The position numbers were made by a program, and so were the translations under genes. Positions 17,133 through 20,000 of a DNA stretch of 20,000 nucleotides are shown in pieces. The stretch's first letter is position 1, and each line of letters begins with the position of its first letter. This DNA is from an uncultured virus (IMG/VR IMGVR_UViG_3300025881_001848). Lineage: Duplodnaviria; Heunggongvirae; Uroviricota; Caudoviricetes. The stretch is taken from IMG/VR virus record IMGVR_UViG_3300025881_001848. The stretch is one strand, 5' to 3'. The notes beneath the pieces were generated by a model that made no database searches, was not told the origin of the DNA, and saw nothing but the letters and a program-made list of their open reading frames with translations.

Positions 17133-17417
17133 ATGATGTTTATGTTAGTGAAGGTAAATAAAACGTGTTTCATTTGGTTGGTATTCCTGCTGTACTTTAC
17201 GATAGGGTGCTATACAGTCGTGGTCGAACACAGTATGGAAGTTGTCGTGGGTGGTTTGGCTGTATTGGTCATACTCGCAGTGGCGCTGCCTAGTTTAGCC
17301 AGAGATATTGTTGTAGGCAGTGGTTTAACGGGTGCTCAGGAATACTCATCGGTTAGGCATCTTTCGTTATTTTCCTCAGCATACATTATCGGTATTTACG
17401 TCGTTACGCATTCTTGA
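17133..17417 (+). CDS. Small multi-TM membrane protein
   Basis: Three hydrophobic segments; weak SD. Confidence 0.55.
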   Translation: MMFMLVKVNKTCFIWLVFLLYFTIGCYTVVVEHSMEVVVGGLAVLVILAVALPSLARDIVVGSGLTGAQEYSSVRHLSLFSSAYIIGIYVVTHS

Positions 17418-17432
17418 AAAAAGATGTTCCTC

Positions 17433-17460
17433 TTGACTTTTTAATTCATTATGATAAAGT
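17433..17460 (+). promoter_or_regulatory. Sigma70 promoter P10 with operator (17443-17457)
   Basis: TTGACT, 16 bp, TG-a-TAAAGT; AATTCA-TTA-TGATAA. Confidence 0.8.
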
Positions 17461-17658
17461 TGCAGTATCTTAATCGCTACTGCATCATTAGTGTGTAATT
17501 AGCAGTTAAGTCAGGAAATCATCCTTGCATCAGTTCACTGACTCGTCAGGCTAAAATGTAGATTTTGCTAACGCTTTTTAAACCGACTATAGACATATTA
17601 TTTCGGAGTTACGCAAGATAGTAATGAACTGGCTTGTGGAACTCAATAAGGAATAAAT

Positions 17659-18495
17659 ATGACCGCTATTACGGTATCAAACGAACAATTCGCCGCCTCT
17701 CAAGCCGCTATGATAAAAATGCTTGAAGATGAATATGCGATTAGAAATCAGTCTCCTTCGAAGATTAAGCATTTAACGTCCGTGATCCTTAATTACACCA
17801 ACTTTCATCAGTTGGAAGTGTTGCTAAAAGCTAAACAAGACGTACAAACACTCACAGCAGATAATCTTAAAAAGTGTCGCCACCAAGTGGCGACCATCGC
17901 CAAACGCATGATGGTAAAAGGCACACCCCTGAGTGGTTTGTATGTATGTGATAGCTGCCTGCATATTGATATGCATGATGAAATGACACCAGCGAAGCAT
18001 CTTAGCGAAAGGCTAGATGAAAATGGTATTTACACTGATGTGGAATGTCCTCATTGCCAAGCCTTGGCCTATTCAATGAATACGCACATTGAGGGTGGTA
18101 TGTTTGACACTGTATTTACAAGTAATACCTATGCTACATTACCCGACGCGATTAAATTTGCCGATACATTGACCGCAGAGTATAGCGGAAACGCAATCGA
18201 ACAGGATGTTGTTGACTCGCTTCGAATGCTATATTTTATGGCCGACCACGTGGGGAAAGAAGTGTTCGGAAACCCTTCGAACAAATATCAAGCGAGCCAT
18301 GTGTTATCGTCATTATTAAACAGTTGTGAGGAAGCGCTAAATAACGGGTGGATAGAAGGTATTACATTTGGCGGATTGCAGAAGTACTTGCGAAAAACGA
18401 TGTTCAAAGAGGAGTCAGAAGCCCTCACCTCAGCCGGTATCGATCTATGGTTAACCGCCGCGCTTATCAGTCCGTTTTTGGCGCTCGCTAAATAA
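17659..18495 (+). CDS. Hypothetical protein with a C4 zinc-ribbon-like motif
   Basis: CDSC...CPHC; SD AAGGA; about 190-nt leader from P10. Confidence 0.8.
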   Translation: MTAITVSNEQFAASQAAMIKMLEDEYAIRNQSPSKIKHLTSVILNYTNFHQLEVLLKAKQDVQTLTADNLKKCRHQVATIAKRMMVKGTPLSGLYVCDSCLHIDMHDEMTPAKHLSERLDENGIYTDVECPHCQALAYSMNTHIEGGMFDTVFTSNTYATLPDAIKFADTLTAEYSGNAIEQDVVDSLRMLYFMADHVGKEVFGNPSNKYQASHVLSSLLNSCEEALNNGWIEGITFGGLQKYLRKTMFKEESEALTSAGIDLWLTAALISPFLALAK

Positions 18496-18524
18496 AGGAA
18501 CAAATTGTTGTTATCAAAAGTATG

Positions 18525-18549
18525 GGTCGCAGCAGTTGCGGCCTTTTTT
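18525..18549 (+). terminator. Intrinsic terminator insulating the ncRNA locus
   Basis: GGTCGCAG-CAG-TTGCGGCC-TTTTTT. Confidence 0.7.
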
Positions 18550-18699
18550 GTAGATGAGATGGCTAAATCACTAGCCGTGTTAGGGGTTATTCATTATGAT
18601 AGTTAAACTTAAAATGATTTTTTTTGAATAAAAATCGTATATTTAACAAGCATCCAACCAATAAAACATATAAAAAAGTAAAAATAATGCTAAAATCGA

Positions 18700-18728
18700 T
18701 TGACAACTGTATGGGTATCCACTATTAT
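18700..18728 (+). promoter_or_regulatory. Sigma70 promoter P11 for the ncRNA, with A-rich UP-like element
   Basis: TTGACA 18700-18705, 17 bp, TATTAT 18723-18728; A-tracts at 18660-18695. Confidence 0.8.
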
Positions 18729-18835
18729 CATTACAAGTTAAAGAGAAAGACCAGCAGCAAGAACGGATTGCTTTGTTGGCAACAATCAAAAAGTGGTGAG
18801 ATGTCTGATGACAACTTATCAAAATGAAAAAATTA

Positions 18836-19038
18836 CTTGTGTGTGCAAAATGGGTGTGAGTTTTATCCACCCACAGCCTTCACAATAAAGCGTTAAACTT
18901 GTGTGTGAGGAGGGGAGTTGTGTCCCCTCCACCTTTCGCAAGAACCCAGTTAAAATGTGTGTGTGAGGTGGGGAGTTGTGTCCCCACCACCTTTCTCACA
19001 AAAGACTATGTGTGTGTTGGGCGACCTCTTGGTCGCCC
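18836..19038 (+). repeat. Four degenerate tandem units of about 51-62 nt (GU box + hairpin)
   Basis: GU boxes end at 18845, 18907, 18965, 19016; units 2 and 3 share TGTGTGTGAGG(A/T)GGGGAGTTGTGTCCCC(T/A)CCACCTTTC. Confidence 0.9.
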
Positions 19039-19044
19039 TTTTTT
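19019..19044 (+). terminator. Intrinsic terminator, also the hairpin of unit 4
   Basis: GGGCGACC-TCTT-GGTCGCCC-TTTTTT. Confidence 0.9.
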
Positions 19045-19142
19045 ATGCCTACGATTTACCTCCGGCGTCGTTTTCTGATCTTCTGCTAACATTCAGTATT
19101 ATTACTTACTGCATGGATGCAATGATGAGATTGAATTTGGGA

Positions 19143-20000
19143 ATGAAGCTAGATCCTCAATTGGTTAATATTTTACACGCCGATTTACCTGTCATTAATT
19201 ACGCGAAAGAAAAAGGGTATGTATCAAACGGAGAAATTGATCTGTATAGCATGCTTGAGTTTGTAGGCGTGCCCAGGCCTTCAATAAATAATAGGGTTGA
19301 AAAGCTAATAAAAAAACTTCCCATACTAGGCACCTCATTATCGCTAATTAAAGTGGGAGGGGAGGCTCAGTATATGTTTGGTGTTACCGATGCAGTAGAT
19401 GTGCTTGAGAAAATAATTAGGTCAGAGTTAATTGGTGGTTATGGTATTAATGATATCCCACAGAAGATAACTGGGGAATACAAAATATGTTACGAAAAAT
19501 GGCGCAGCATGCTCAGGCGTTGTTACAGGGAGGAATGGCACATATATAAACCTTCATACTCAGGTTGTTCAGTAGCTAAAGAATGGTTCTATTTTAGCAA
19601 CTTTATGCGCTGGCATAATGAAAATTATACAAAAGGTCATGTGTTAGATAAAGATATTATAATAAAAGGGAATAAACATTATTCACCCAAAACATGCGTT
19701 TACGTCCCTGAATATGTGAATAGTTTGTTGATATCACGGACGAGGTCGAATAGGGAGTTACCATCAGGTGTTTTCCTGTTGAAAAGCGATAAAGTCACGC
19801 CGTACAACGTAAAGTTTGAGTTAGGCAAAAAGAAAATGGCTTTAGGTAGGTTTATAAGCCCTGAAGAAGCATTTCTAGCCTGCAAAAAGGTCAGAGAGAA
19901 ACATATTAGAACCGTTGCAGAAAAGGCTTTTGACAAAGGTGAAATAAGCCTTAAATCCTTTAATGCGTTATGTAGGCATCAGGTAGAGGTAGGAGATTAA
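19143..20000 (+). CDS. HNH-like / AP2-type DNA-binding protein; paralog of 8569-9456
   Basis: YEKWRSMLRRC, YSGCSV--EW--FSNF--W, LDKDII--GNK-YSPKTC; start set by N-terminal homology with the paralog (ATG 19122 also possible); stop at 19998-20000. Confidence 0.75.
   Translation: MKLDPQLVNILHADLPVINYAKEKGYVSNGEIDLYSMLEFVGVPRPSINNRVEKLIKKLPILGTSLSLIKVGGEAQYMFGVTDAVDVLEKIIRSELIGGYGINDIPQKITGEYKICYEKWRSMLRRCYREEWHIYKPSYSGCSVAKEWFYFSNFMRWHNENYTKGHVLDKDIIIKGNKHYSPKTCVYVPEYVNSLLISRTRSNRELPSGVFLLKSDKVTPYNVKFELGKKKMALGRFISPEEAFLACKKVREKHIRTVAEKAFDKGEISLKSFNALCRHQVEVGD

Larger units (their letters stand above)
18735..19044 (+). ncRNA. Putative ~310-nt multi-seed GU-rich antisense sRNA
   Basis: Bounded by P11 and a terminator; no credible ORF; 5' hairpins then four TGTGTGTG+hairpin units; compensatory A-U/U-A change between units 2 and 3; 5' end estimated from the -10. 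Confidence 0.75.

Noticed and set aside
1213..17457. Fur box interpretation of the TGATAA-containing motif
   Set aside because: The Fur 7-1-7 site is TGATAAT-N-ATTATCA. Here the arms are in the opposite order (TTATCA-N3-TGATAA) and no iron-related genes are present. Not fully excluded without a binding test.
18505..18606. 33-aa TTG-start ORF after AAGGA
   Set aside because: It spans a good intrinsic terminator and has no other support. Possible, but not callable.
18624..18870. ORFs 18624-18827 (+) and 18643-18870 (-)
   Set aside because: They overlap the promoter and structured RNA, show low complexity from A-tracts and CA repeats, and have no convincing SD.
1248..19016. (CA)n/(TG)n tracts as phase-variable microsatellites
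   Set aside because: The tracts are only 3-5 units long and strictly positioned and stranded (CA before SDs, TG in the ncRNA), which fits a pairing motif better than slippage.
18836..19038. CRISPR array interpretation of the hairpin repeats
   Set aside because: Only two units are near-identical, the linkers are short A-rich tracts and not unique 30-40-nt spacers, the stems covary, and no cas genes are in the window.
18957..19142. N-terminal extension of the 347-aa ORF
   Set aside because: It runs through the repeat units and a strong terminator. Homology with the paralog begins near MKLDPQ (19143).
180..19936. Antisense or alternate-frame ORFs (e.g. 180-785, 661-960, 828-1040, 1886-2089, 2709-2909, 5475-5702, 6836-7108, 7345-7563, 8081-8278, 8250-8465, 9785-9982, 11601-11786, 11920-12132, 12032-12256, 12725-12976, 13785-13976, 15073-15309, 16824-17021, 18288-18503, 19700-19936)
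   Set aside because: They are shadows of better-supported genes with SDs, promoters and translational coupling.

Overview
This is an AT-rich (about 40% GC by eye), gene-dense accessory region of a large mobile element, either a large phage or a megaplasmid/phage-plasmid, probably from a gammaproteobacterium (inference). It holds about 38 short, mostly hypothetical genes in small cassettes. Recognisable products are a tandem MazG-like all-alpha NTP pyrophosphatase, DUF1653, an ASCH/PUA-like protein, DUF1737, a lipoprotein, a DarA C-terminal-like domain protein and two paralogous HNH/AP2-type proteins. I saw no structural, replication, tRNA, rRNA or cas genes. The non-coding DNA carries three linked signals. 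(1) About 11 near-consensus sigma70 promoters, most of the form TTGACA-N16-TAAWNT with an extended TG. (2) A 15-bp palindromic operator-like motif, TTATCA-N3-TGATAA, at a fixed position inside most of those promoters. (3) A CACACAC(AAGG) box just upstream of the Shine-Dalgarno of genes these promoters drive. Near the right end (about 18735-19044) a promoter- and terminator-bounded non-coding RNA has four repeated units, each a UGUGUGUG box followed by a hairpin. One compensatory base-pair change is seen between units 2 and 3. The boxes are the exact reverse complement of the CACACAC(AAG) leader boxes. The simplest reading is a multi-seed antisense RNA that silences a whole early/establishment regulon, on top of a repressor-operator layer. 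That mechanism is inferred, not demonstrated.
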